Assembly: GCA_017542065.1 (NCBI GenBank)
Contig: JAFXXX010000003.1
Location: 12,049-76,048, forward strand
Reading direction: 5' to 3'
Length of the DNA stretch: 64,000 nt
Source of the DNA: Bacilli bacterium
GTDB lineage: Bacteria; Bacillota_I; Bacilli_A; RF39; UBA660
Positions 9,388-18,717 of the stretch are shown one piece after another. Numbering within the stretch: the stretch's first letter is position 1; each line of letters opens with the position of its first letter. A model generated the notes under the pieces. The model was not told the origin of the DNA, did no database searches, and was given only the letters and a program-made list of their open reading frames with translations. The translations under genes were made by a program, and so were the position numbers.

Positions 9388-10695
9388 TTAAAATGGTAAT
9401 TTCATATTTCCATTACTCATCATTTTCATCATCTTTTTAGATTCATCAAATTGTTTTAATAATCTATTAACTTCTTGAACAGAAGTACCTGATCCTTTAG
9501 CTATTCTTTCTTTTCTAGATGCTTTTAAAATATCAGGATTTCTTCTTTCTTCAGGTGTCATAGAAAGAACTATAGCTTCTACATGGCCCATTTGTTTAGG
9601 ATCTACTTTAATATCATTTAATTCCATCTTTTTAGCTCCTGGGATCATTTTAAGTAAACTTTCTATTGAACCCATTTTTTTAATTTGATTCATTTGTTTT
9701 AAGAAATCTTCTAGGTCATATTTACCTTTTTTCATTTTCTTATATGTATCCATAGCTTCATCTTCATTCATAACAGATTCAGCCTTTTCAATAAGAGACA
9801 TCATATCTCCCATACCTAGAATTCTACTAACCATTCTTTCAGGATCAAATGGTTCAAGTCCATCTAATTTTTCAGATGTACCTATAAACTTAATTGGAAT
9901 ACCAGTTAAGTATTTAGCAGATAATGCTACACCACCTCTAGTATCACCATCAAGTTTAGTAAGAATAGTTCCAGTAAGCGGTAACTTATCATTAAATCCT
10001 GTAATAACATTAATAGCATCTTGACCCATCATACTATCAATTACTAGCATTACTTCATTAGGTTTAACTTCATTATTGATATTCTCTAATTCATCCATTA
10101 GTTTTTCATCAATTTGTAATCTACCTGCAGTATCGATTAAGATATAATCTAAACCATTTTCTTTAGCATATTCAATTGAATCTTTAGCTATTTGAACTGG
10201 GTTCTTAGTACCCTCTTCAAATACAGGTATATTTAAACTTTTACCTAAAGTTTGTAATTGATTAATAGCAGCTGGTCTATAGATATCAGCAGCTACTAAT
10301 AATGGTTTCTTATTATATTTTTTTCTAAGTAAATTAGCAAGCTTACCAATAGTAGTAGTTTTACCTGAACCTTGAAGACCTACTAACATTAATATAGAAG
10401 GATTACCCTTAGTATATATTTCTGCTTTATCACTACCTAGTAACTCTAACAATTCGTCTTTTAATATTTTTAAGAATACTTCATCAGGTTTTAAACTTTT
10501 CTTAATTTCTTCGCCTAATGCTTTTTCTTTAACTTTATTAGTGAATTCTTTAACTACAGTATAGTTAACATCGGCTTCTAATAAAGCAAGTCTTACTTCT
10601 CTTAAAACATCTTGTATATTTTCTTCAGTAATAGATCCATATCCTCTAATCTTACCAATAGCAGAATCTAATCTATCTGATAAACTTTCAAACAT
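9388..10695 (-). CDS. ffh: Signal recognition particle protein Ffh
   Basis: GLQGSGKTTT, DTAGR, TKLDGD GTPase motifs plus a Met-rich C-terminal M domain. Confidence 0.95.
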   Translation of the reverse strand: MFESLSDRLDSAIGKIRGYGSITEENIQDVLREVRLALLEADVNYTVVKEFTNKVKEKALGEEIKKSLKPDEVFLKILKDELLELLGSDKAEIYTKGNPSILMLVGLQGSGKTTTIGKLANLLRKKYNKKPLLVAADIYRPAAINQLQTLGKSLNIPVFEEGTKNPVQIAKDSIEYAKENGLDYILIDTAGRLQIDEKLMDELENINNEVKPNEVMLVIDSMMGQDAINVITGFNDKLPLTGTILTKLDGDTRGGVALSAKYLTGIPIKFIGTSEKLDGLEPFDPERMVSRILGMGDMMSLIEKAESVMNEDEAMDTYKKMKKGKYDLEDFLKQMNQIKKMGSIESLLKMIPGAKKMELNDIKVDPKQMGHVEAIVLSMTPEERRNPDILKASRKERIAKGSGTSVQEVNRLLKQFDESKKMMKMMSNGNMKLPF

Positions 10696-10704
10696 AGTTG
10701 CCTC

Positions 10705-11004
10705 CTATAAATCTAATATATTATTTATATTCTCTATTAATTCTTCATTTCCTGTTTCTTTTATTAAATTAATTATTTTTTTATCTTTTTCAACTAACTT
10801 TAATTTAGAATCAAAGTCTTCTAATTTAGAACATGCTAGTTTCAAATCTTTTGAAACAGCATTCTTACTAACATTATTATTTTCTGATATTTCACTTAAA
10901 GTTAAATTATGAAAATAATAATCTATAAAATAATTCTTTTGAGAATCACTTAGTAATTCTCCATAATAATCAAATAATATTATTAATCTATCTTGTAATT
11001 CCAT
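10705..11004 (-). CDS. ylxM: YlxM/UPF0122 putative HTH protein
   Basis: Conserved position between ftsY and ffh. LFDYYGELLSDSQKNYF...LSEISE resembles B. subtilis YlxM. Confidence 0.8.
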   Translation of the reverse strand: MELQDRLIILFDYYGELLSDSQKNYFIDYYFHNLTLSEISENNNVSKNAVSKDLKLACSKLEDFDSKLKLVEKDKKIINLIKETGNEELIENINNILDL

Positions 11005-11988
11005 TTACATCATTTCCTTAAATAATCCATATATATATTTTTCTATATCAAAGACTCTTAAGTCTTCTTCTTTTTCACCCATACCAACATATTTAACTGG
11101 TATATTAACCTCTTCTTTAATAGCTAATACTATTCCACCTTTAGCAGATCCATCTAACTTAGTTAGCACTATTCCTGTAACATCAGTTATTTCTTTAAAG
11201 GCTTTTGCTTGAGAAATACCATTTTGACCAGTAGTAGCATCTATAACTAGTAATGTTTCTTCTGGAGATCCATCTTGATGGTTATTAATAACCTTCTTTA
11301 TTTTCTCTAACTCATTCATTAGATTAACTTTATTTTGAAGTCTTCCAGCAGTATCAATAAGTACTAAATCATAATCTTTAGCTCTTTCCATACCACTATA
11401 AACTACTGATGCTGGATCTATTCCTTCTTCTCCTGATTCAATATCTACTTTAAGTCTATTAGCCCATTCAGTTAATTGTTCTACAGCACCTGCTCTAAAA
11501 GTATCAGCGGCTACAAGTAATACTTTCTTACCAGCATCTTTTTCCTTTTTAGCAATCTTTGCAATAGTAGTAGTTTTACCTACTCCATTAACACCTACAA
11601 ATAATATAACAGTAGGTCCATTTTCTCTATAATTAATCTTATTAACCAATACTTCATCATTAACATAAATAATAAATAATTCGTCAACTATTAATTCTTT
11701 TAAAGTTTCTGGATCTTCAATTTTTTCTTTTCTAGCTCTTTCTACTAGTCTATCCATAAACTTAATAACAGTATTAACACCAATATCTGCCATTATAAGA
11801 ATTTCTTCTAATTCTTCAAAATACTCTTGATTAACTTTAGAATATTTTTTATTTAATTTATTTAATTTGTTTGAAAAATCTTTTCTAGTTTTTTCTAATC
11901 CTTTTTCATAACTTTCAGTTTCTTTTTTCTCAACTTCATTTACTTTTTTACTAGAAAATTTTTCTTTTAATTTACTGAAAAATCCCAT
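11005..11988 (-). CDS. ftsY: SRP receptor FtsY
   Basis: GVNGVGKTTT, DTAGR, TKLDGS motifs. Confidence 0.95.
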   Translation of the reverse strand: MGFFSKLKEKFSSKKVNEVEKKETESYEKGLEKTRKDFSNKLNKLNKKYSKVNQEYFEELEEILIMADIGVNTVIKFMDRLVERARKEKIEDPETLKELIVDELFIIYVNDEVLVNKINYRENGPTVILFVGVNGVGKTTTIAKIAKKEKDAGKKVLLVAADTFRAGAVEQLTEWANRLKVDIESGEEGIDPASVVYSGMERAKDYDLVLIDTAGRLQNKVNLMNELEKIKKVINNHQDGSPEETLLVIDATTGQNGISQAKAFKEITDVTGIVLTKLDGSAKGGIVLAIKEEVNIPVKYVGMGEKEEDLRVFDIEKYIYGLFKEMM

Positions 11989-12018
11989 GTTATCACCTAA
12001 TAAATATTATATCATATA

Positions 12019-12050
12019 ATAAAAAAAACTACATCATATTGATGTAGTTT
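12019..12050 (-). terminator. Rho-independent terminator
   Basis: Minus strand: aaactacatca-ata-tgatgtagttt followed by a T-run, just after the stop of the 650-aa gene. Confidence 0.7.
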
Positions 12051-12055
12051 TACTA

Positions 12056-14008
12056 TTATCTAGATCTTCCACCAGCTTTTTCAGCTAAAGCTTGTAATTC
12101 TGCTTCTCTTATCTTTCTAATTTCTTCAGTCGAATTATAATCTGCTGGTCTTTCTGAACCAATAATAACATTTTGTTCAGTAAAGTTTTTATTATGGAAA
12201 TCTATTAAATCATCAACCTTTGCATAATCAGTGTTTTCAACACTCAACTTAGGTTTATTTTTTAGTTCTTCTAATTCAGCTTTTCTTTGTTCTTTAATAA
12301 TTTCAGACGAATTATAATATGGTTTTTCGTCTTTGCCATCTCCTAATAAGAAACGTTCATCAAGATTTCCGTAAGTAACGTTTTGTTCAGTAAAGTTTCT
12401 AGCATTGTATTCTTTTAATTCATTTAGATTTGCAGCATTTCTTTGATAATCATTTTGATATTTTTGTAGTTCTGATAATTCTTTATAATAATTTAATACA
12501 ACAGGTTTATTAACTGTTCTTTCACTTAACATCATATTAAATTCAGCATCACCTGGAACTAATCCTTCAGCTTTAACATCTTCTACAAATGCTCTATCAA
12601 TATCATCTAATTTTTCTTTGTAATGCTTATTAACTAAATCAGCATATTCAAGAGTCATTAGATTTCTTAATTCGTTTAATTCAGCATAATAATTGTATAT
12701 AGCATTTTTATCAAGTGCTCTTTCATTCATCATTTGTCTAAATTCAATATCAGTTAAATCTAAACCTTCAGCTGCAGCATCCTCTACAAAAGCTTTTTCA
12801 TAATCACCTAATTTGTTAATTAGTTTTAATTTATTCTCACCAAATTGTTTCATTAAGTCAGCTTTTAATTTGTCAGATTCATCTAACATTACTGCTTGAG
12901 GAGTTTCAATTGGCTCTGGATTATCTAGACCAGGTCCACCATTATTTCCTCCATTATTACCACCTGGTGCAGGTTTTTGTGGAGGTTCAGGGAAAGTAAA
13001 ATCTTTACCCATAGCTTTTATTCTATCTTCTAAGAATTGCATTTGGTTTTCTTTTACATCACCATATCTAACTTGTTGAAGAATTTTATTACATACACGT
13101 AATTCAGTTCTTCTTAAGTTAACCATTTCCATAGCCATAGTATCAAACTTTTTACCATCAAATTTAGGATCCTTTTTAGCAAATTCATGTAATTCACCCA
13201 TTAGGGTAACATCCCTCATAATTTCTGCTAATTCATGTGGATTTTCTTTTAATTCATCTTCAATTGAATTACCAGTAAATCTTTTTAAAATGGCCATCAT
13301 ATAATCATCTGGTTCTATTCTCTTAACTAATTTTGAAATAGTAGTAAGATCATCTAATGATTTACCATCATATTTAATAGCTAGTTTTTCATTTTCTTTT
13401 ACTTCTTCTAATGAAGATCCACCTAATGAAGGTCCACCTGCTTTACTACTTTTAGTAAATGTATATTTTAAACCTTTTCTAACTCTTTCATATAAATCTG
13501 CAACTTTAGCTTTTAAGCTTTTTGCATTTTTAATTATTTTTCTTTTAGGTTCAATTAAGTCATTTCCAGAAAAATCATATTTATTAGGTATACTTATTGG
13601 AGCAGGAGTAGTTCCATTTTTCTTAGCTAATTCTGCTTCAATAGCAGCTTTTTCCATAGCATCTAATCTATCTTTTTCTAGTTTCTTTTCTTCTTCCTCA
13701 GTATAACCACTATTCTTAATTAAAGATATATCATGTGTAGTAGTACTTTTTACTTTATTAATATCATCTACACTAATATAAATTGGTTCAGTAAAAGGAC
13801 CAACGAATCCTTGGTTAGTAATACCATATTTTGGATGAATCTTAAAATGTGGAGGTAATTGTAATTTATTCATATCAACGTTAGTATAAAAACTCTCTAC
13901 ATTCTTTGGATTCTCTAACTTACTATCTAATTCAATAGTAACATCCTGATTTAATTTTTGAATTTCCTTTATTAATTCTACATATTCTTTTACAGTTGCC
14001 ATAGACAC
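12056..14008 (-). CDS. Lineage-specific modular repeat protein A (650 aa, no signal peptide)
   Basis: Long ORF. Shares three module types with the neighbouring 863-aa ORF: LKYTFTKSSKA motif, G/N/P-rich spacer, and 2x FVEDx(A/K)AEGL...EF..M..ER..(D/N)K....NYY modules. Also NFTEQNV duplicated. Confidence 0.6.
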   Translation of the reverse strand: MSMATVKEYVELIKEIQKLNQDVTIELDSKLENPKNVESFYTNVDMNKLQLPPHFKIHPKYGITNQGFVGPFTEPIYISVDDINKVKSTTTHDISLIKNSGYTEEEEKKLEKDRLDAMEKAAIEAELAKKNGTTPAPISIPNKYDFSGNDLIEPKRKIIKNAKSLKAKVADLYERVRKGLKYTFTKSSKAGGPSLGGSSLEEVKENEKLAIKYDGKSLDDLTTISKLVKRIEPDDYMMAILKRFTGNSIEDELKENPHELAEIMRDVTLMGELHEFAKKDPKFDGKKFDTMAMEMVNLRRTELRVCNKILQQVRYGDVKENQMQFLEDRIKAMGKDFTFPEPPQKPAPGGNNGGNNGGPGLDNPEPIETPQAVMLDESDKLKADLMKQFGENKLKLINKLGDYEKAFVEDAAAEGLDLTDIEFRQMMNERALDKNAIYNYYAELNELRNLMTLEYADLVNKHYKEKLDDIDRAFVEDVKAEGLVPGDAEFNMMLSERTVNKPVVLNYYKELSELQKYQNDYQRNAANLNELKEYNARNFTEQNVTYGNLDERFLLGDGKDEKPYYNSSEIIKEQRKAELEELKNKPKLSVENTDYAKVDDLIDFHNKNFTEQNVIIGSERPADYNSTEEIRKIREAELQALAEKAGGRSR

Positions 14009-14053
14009 ACCTCTATTCTTATATATATTCTATCATAAAATAATAGTAACATA

Positions 14054-14082
14054 CAAAAAAAGATGTCTTATTTGACATCTTT
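14054..14082 (-). terminator. Rho-independent terminator
   Basis: Minus strand: aaagatgtc-aaataa-gacatcttt followed by a T-run, just after the stop of the 863-aa gene. Confidence 0.7.
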
Positions 14083-14086
14083 CTTA

Positions 14087-16678
14087 TTATTTACAAACCC
14101 CATTTTTAAGTCTTTTAATATTTATTTCATCTTGTCTTTCAAGAATATCTATTAATTCAACTTTCTTTAACTTGCTTTCATTATACATAGCACGTTCATC
14201 ATCTGTCATTATATCTTTATGACTCTTAGATAATTTTCTTAATTGATTAATAGTTAAAATATTATATCTAGTTTCTTTAGATATATCAGTAGTTCTATCT
14301 ATTAACATATCTTCATTTACTATACCATTATATCTATCTAATAATACTTTTTGTTTAATAATATAATCTTTATAAGCCTTCATAAACTTATTAATACCAT
14401 TCTTATTAACACATCTTTCACTTAACATTTGTCTATATTCACTATCATCAACAGTAATATTTTCTGCGATAGCATCTTCAACAAACATTCTTTCATATTC
14501 GTCTAAACTTGCAAATAAGAATAATATGTTATCTTGATTAAGTTTACATTCAGACATAGTAATAGTTCTATAATAGTTTAAAACTTGTACTTTATTAACA
14601 CATCTTTCATTTAACATTTGAATGAATTCACTATCTTCTGGATATAAACATTCAGCAGTAGCATCATCAACAAATGTCTTTTCAAGATCACCTAATTTTT
14701 TATATTCAGTCATACAAGTTAATTTATGTCTCTTAACTAATAAATCTTTTAGTTTTTCATCTTCAGTTGGATCTGGAGTAACTGGAGGTTTTACTGGTGG
14801 TTTTACTGGCGGTTTTACAGGAGGCTTAGGTTGAATTGGAGGCTTAACTTGTGGAGTCACAGGTGTAACCTTTTTAACCTTTTCACTCTTTGTAAATGTA
14901 TATTTTAAAGCCTTTCTAGCACCATCAAATGCACCTTTAACTTTAGCAGATAATGGTTTATTATTCATTTTTCTAACATTATTTGCCATCATAGCAGTAA
15001 CACATACTGCAACTATATCACCAGTAGCTTTATTTTTAATACTAGTTAATGAATCTTTAAGTTTAACACTTAAAGGTCTTTTAACAATTTTTCTAGGACC
15101 TGGTCCTATAATTGAATAACCACTTACTACTTTTTCACTCTTTGTAAAAGTATATTTAATATTCTTTTTAGCTGTTTCAAATAAATTATTTATTTTACTT
15201 CCAAGTGTATCTGTCTTTTCAACTTTTTCACTTCTTGTAAAAGCATAAGTAGCTTTATTTTTAATACTAGTTAATGAATCTTTAAGTTTAACACTTAAAG
15301 GTCTTTTAACAATTTTTCTAGGACCTAGTCCCATAATTGTATAACCACTTACTGCTTTTTCACTCTTTGTAAATGCATATTTAACATTCTTCTTAGTAGT
15401 AGCAAGTAAATCACTTACTTTACTTCCAAGAGTTTCAGCACCTTCAGCTTTTGAACTTTTAGTAAAGAAATACTTTAAGTCCTTTTTAAAAGTTACAAAT
15501 CTATCTTTTAAAACAGTATTAGTTACAGGTTCACTATCTTTAGCAATCTTTGCACTATCTTTTGCATGAGCACTTACAGTCTTTTCAGCTTCTTTTTTTC
15601 CATTTTTTGCTGCATCAGATAAATCTGATAATGGTCTATCATATCTATAACTTGTTGCACCATAATAATATGGAATATAAGTATAAGGTTTAACTGTTTT
15701 AGTTTCTAACTTTGGAAATTCAGGTTTTGGAAGATCTGGTTTATAATTACCAAATGCAGAACCACTTGTATCAATATCAAATCCACTATTTTTTTGTGAT
15801 TCTCCAATATTCCATAAATCAAAAACATATTTTCTACCATTATTTACTTTTGGTTTAGAATCTGCATCTACTGTTACATATCTCTTACTTGGAGTAACAG
15901 CATATAAAATCCTGTTCATTAAATTAACATATTCCTTATTTGAAAATGTAGGAGCAATAGTTATAGAATCTTTTTCGGGTTCTACAGCTTTTTGTTCAAC
16001 TTCAACCTCTTTTTGTTCTGGTTCTACTTCTTTTTGCTCAGATACCTCTTCTTTTTGTTCAAGTTCATCAGCTTTTATTGGAATAGTAATATTATTTGGA
16101 TTATACTTAGATCCATCAACAATATTAAATACTATTTTTCCTTCATCATCATTCTTTTTAGGAACTGGAGGAAGTTGTTTTTTAAACTCTTCCATAGCTT
16201 TTCTTTGATCATCAGTTTCTTCAAGTTCATTAGCTTTAATATTTTTTAAAGCATCTGGAGCTAAAGAATAATTAATACCATTAGATCTATTAGAAATCAT
16301 ATTAGTACTAAATATTTTTTCAGAAATAGATTCTGCATACTTATCTCCTGTATGATAATTTATATAACCTCTATATTTATTTCTTTTTTCATCAGTAAGA
16401 TTACATTTATCAACAGATAACTCAGCTATTTCTACGTCACCTTCAGAAGTTTCCTTACTAATCTTTACTTTTCCATGAGAAGTAGTATTAGTATCATAAT
16501 CAAGTCCACTCATATCAATATCAGCACAAGTCATAGTTTTTCTAATATTAGTAATATCGGCCACTATTGATCTACTATTTGGTTCATATTTAAATGGAAT
16601 ACTAGGATTGTTTTCAGATAATATAGTTAAAACGTCCATTATTTCTTTTTCAATATTTACCTTTTCAATATTTACCAT
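14087..16678 (-). CDS. Lineage-specific modular repeat protein B (863 aa, no signal peptide)
   Basis: Six copies of (K/R)x(L/V/I)KY(T/A/F)FT(K/R)SxK, a 75-aa tandem duplication, a (KPPV)n proline spacer, and 2x FV(E/D)DA.AE...(E/D)SE(F/Y).QML.ERCVNK modules paralogous to ORF 12056-14008. Confidence 0.6.
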   Translation of the reverse strand: MVNIEKVNIEKEIMDVLTILSENNPSIPFKYEPNSRSIVADITNIRKTMTCADIDMSGLDYDTNTTSHGKVKISKETSEGDVEIAELSVDKCNLTDEKRNKYRGYINYHTGDKYAESISEKIFSTNMISNRSNGINYSLAPDALKNIKANELEETDDQRKAMEEFKKQLPPVPKKNDDEGKIVFNIVDGSKYNPNNITIPIKADELEQKEEVSEQKEVEPEQKEVEVEQKAVEPEKDSITIAPTFSNKEYVNLMNRILYAVTPSKRYVTVDADSKPKVNNGRKYVFDLWNIGESQKNSGFDIDTSGSAFGNYKPDLPKPEFPKLETKTVKPYTYIPYYYGATSYRYDRPLSDLSDAAKNGKKEAEKTVSAHAKDSAKIAKDSEPVTNTVLKDRFVTFKKDLKYFFTKSSKAEGAETLGSKVSDLLATTKKNVKYAFTKSEKAVSGYTIMGLGPRKIVKRPLSVKLKDSLTSIKNKATYAFTRSEKVEKTDTLGSKINNLFETAKKNIKYTFTKSEKVVSGYSIIGPGPRKIVKRPLSVKLKDSLTSIKNKATGDIVAVCVTAMMANNVRKMNNKPLSAKVKGAFDGARKALKYTFTKSEKVKKVTPVTPQVKPPIQPKPPVKPPVKPPVKPPVTPDPTEDEKLKDLLVKRHKLTCMTEYKKLGDLEKTFVDDATAECLYPEDSEFIQMLNERCVNKVQVLNYYRTITMSECKLNQDNILFLFASLDEYERMFVEDAIAENITVDDSEYRQMLSERCVNKNGINKFMKAYKDYIIKQKVLLDRYNGIVNEDMLIDRTTDISKETRYNILTINQLRKLSKSHKDIMTDDERAMYNESKLKKVELIDILERQDEINIKRLKNGVCK
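14784..14825. repeat. 12-nt tandem repeat (about 3.5 units) encoding the (KPPV)n tract
   Basis: ggaggttttact / ggtggttttact / ggcggttttaca / ggaggc read directly. In frame inside ORF 14087-16678. Confidence 0.7.
15023..15472. repeat. 2 x 225-bp in-frame tandem duplication
   Basis: 15023-15148 and 15248-15373 are near-identical with a handful of mismatches (e.g. cctggtcctataattgaataacc vs cctagtcccataattgtataacc). The period is 225 bp, equal to 75 aa. Confidence 0.8.
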
Positions 16679-16820
16679 AATATTTCCCCCTCTTCAAAAC
16701 ATGCGCTATATGATACCATTAAGGGCCTTTTTTGTCAAATAATTTGCCCTTTTTTCAAAAGTAGTATATAATGTTATTTGTGAAACGCATTAACTTTGTA
16801 TTTTGGTAGAAAGGATAAAT

Positions 16821-18506
16821 ATGAAATTTTTTGAAAATAATACTGATACAAAAGTATTTGCGCTTGGTGGTCTTGGAGAAGTTGGAAAGAACATGTATTG
16901 TATAATGCATGGTAATGAATTAATAATTATAGACTCTGGAGTTTTATTTCCAGAGGCTGGTTTACTCGGTATTGATTACGTTATACCTGACTTCTCATTT
17001 TTAAAAGAAAATGAATCAAAGATAAAAGGGTTATTTATTACACACGGACATGAAGATCATATAGGAAGTATACCTTTCTTACTTCAAACTGTTAAAATAC
17101 CTGTGATTTATGCGCCTAATCAAGCTGCAAATCTAATTAAAAAGAAATTAGCAGACAGAAATATCAGATATGATAATATTGTTGTTTATTCTGAAAAAGA
17201 TAAATACAAGTTTAAAAATATGGAAGTTGAGTTTATATCAGTAAACCACTCTATTCCAGATAGTTATTCTATAGTAGTTAGAACTCCAGACGGAATAATA
17301 GTTGAGTCAGGAGACTATAAGTTTGATATGACTCCTATTGGACCAATGGCTAACTTACAAAAAATGGCTAAAATAGGTTCTGAAGGTGTAACACTTTTAA
17401 TGAATGAAAGTACTAATGTTGAAAGAGAAGGAATATCTCTTTCAGAATCTAAAGTTGACGAAGCTATGGGAGACCTATTTAGAAGACAAAAAGGTAGAAT
17501 AATAGTAGCAACATTTGCATCTAATGTTTATAGATTAAAACATATTATAGAAACTGCAAAAAGAAATAATAGAAAAGTTGCTTTATTTGGAAGAAGTATG
17601 CAAACTCAGGTTGAAATTGCAATTAAATTAGGATATATAGAGAATAATGGTATAATTATTTCTCCTGAAGAATCTAATAATTTAAAACCTGAAGAAGTAT
17701 GTTTACTTTGTACTGGTACTCAAGGAGAACCACTAGCAGCATTATCAAGAATGGCTAATGGTACTCATAGACAAATTAAACTAGTTCCAAGTGATATAGT
17801 TATATTCTCATCATCACCTATTCAAGGTAATGCTGAAGCAGTAGCTATTACACTTAATAAACTAGCCTTAAATGGTATTAAAACATATACAAACACTATA
17901 TTAAGTGATGTTCACTCATCTGGACACGGTAATCAAGAAGAAATAAAGTTAATGCTAAGATTAATAAAACCAAAATACTTAATGCCTATCCATGGTGATT
18001 ATAGATACTTAAGAAAACATGAGGAATTAGCTATAGCATGTAAAATGCCAAAAGAAAATATATTCCCAATGATGAATGGTGAAGTATTATCTATTAAAAA
18101 AGGTGTATGTAAAAGAGCAGGATCATTCCCATGTTATGATATATATGTTGATGGTAACAGAATTGGTGATGTTGGTGGAGCTGTTATTAAAGATAGAAAA
18201 ATTATGTCTAATGATGGAATACTAGTTTTAGTATGTAATGTAGATATTAAAAAGAGAAAACTTCTTGGTAAAGTTAATCAAGCAACTAGAGGATTTGTAT
18301 TAGTAAATGAAAATGAAGAATTACTAACACAAATAGAAAACAAAGCTGAAGAAGTTATTAAAAGAGAATTAAACAACAAGAGATTTAACATAGCTGATTT
18401 AAAGAGTAAAATTATAACTGATGTTAATGATTTCATAATAGAAAAAACAGGCAGAAAACCTATTATTATGCCTGTTATTATGGATATAAAAAGTAGCGAT
18501 AAATAA
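16821..18506 (+). CDS. rnj: Ribonuclease J (metallo-beta-lactamase/beta-CASP)
   Basis: ITHGHEDHIGS motif, N-terminal LGGLGEVGKN, beta-CASP region. The ATG at 16821 (GAAAGGA upstream) is preferred over the TTG at 16803. Confidence 0.93.
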   Translation: MKFFENNTDTKVFALGGLGEVGKNMYCIMHGNELIIIDSGVLFPEAGLLGIDYVIPDFSFLKENESKIKGLFITHGHEDHIGSIPFLLQTVKIPVIYAPNQAANLIKKKLADRNIRYDNIVVYSEKDKYKFKNMEVEFISVNHSIPDSYSIVVRTPDGIIVESGDYKFDMTPIGPMANLQKMAKIGSEGVTLLMNESTNVEREGISLSESKVDEAMGDLFRRQKGRIIVATFASNVYRLKHIIETAKRNNRKVALFGRSMQTQVEIAIKLGYIENNGIIISPEESNNLKPEEVCLLCTGTQGEPLAALSRMANGTHRQIKLVPSDIVIFSSSPIQGNAEAVAITLNKLALNGIKTYTNTILSDVHSSGHGNQEEIKLMLRLIKPKYLMPIHGDYRYLRKHEELAIACKMPKENIFPMMNGEVLSIKKGVCKRAGSFPCYDIYVDGNRIGDVGGAVIKDRKIMSNDGILVLVCNVDIKKRKLLGKVNQATRGFVLVNENEELLTQIENKAEEVIKRELNNKRFNIADLKSKIITDVNDFIIEKTGRKPIIMPVIMDIKSSDK

Positions 18507-18521
18507 TCGCTACTTTTTTTA
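18488..18521. terminator. Bidirectional terminator between convergent rnj and the pnp operon
   Basis: agtagcgat-aaata-atcgctact flanked by an A-run and a T-run. Overlaps the rnj stop codon. Confidence 0.7.
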
Positions 18522-18529
18522 TTAACTAA

Positions 18530-18703
18530 TTATGATAATCTTCCGTATCTAGAATACTTACCATGTAATGATTTTTGTTTAGCTCTATTAATAGATCTTT
18601 GATGACATATAGGAGTATAAACAATAGATGTACTTGTTTGATATATACCACCTAATTCACGTAGTCTTTTATTAAATTCACGTATTTTCTTTTTTAAAAT
18701 CAT
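18530..18703 (-). CDS. Unlisted small basic ORF (57 aa) downstream of pnp
   Basis: My own translation: MILKKKIREFNKRLRELGGIYQTSTSIVYTPICHQRSINRAKQKSLHGKYSRYGRLS. AGGAGA lies 7 nt upstream of the ATG. The ORF fills the pnp-to-terminator gap. It falls below the ORF-track length cutoff. Confidence 0.4.
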   Translation of the reverse strand: MILKKKIREFNKRLRELGGIYQTSTSIVYTPICHQRSINRAKQKSLHGKYSRYGRLS

Positions 18704-18717
18704 ATTTATATCTCCTA

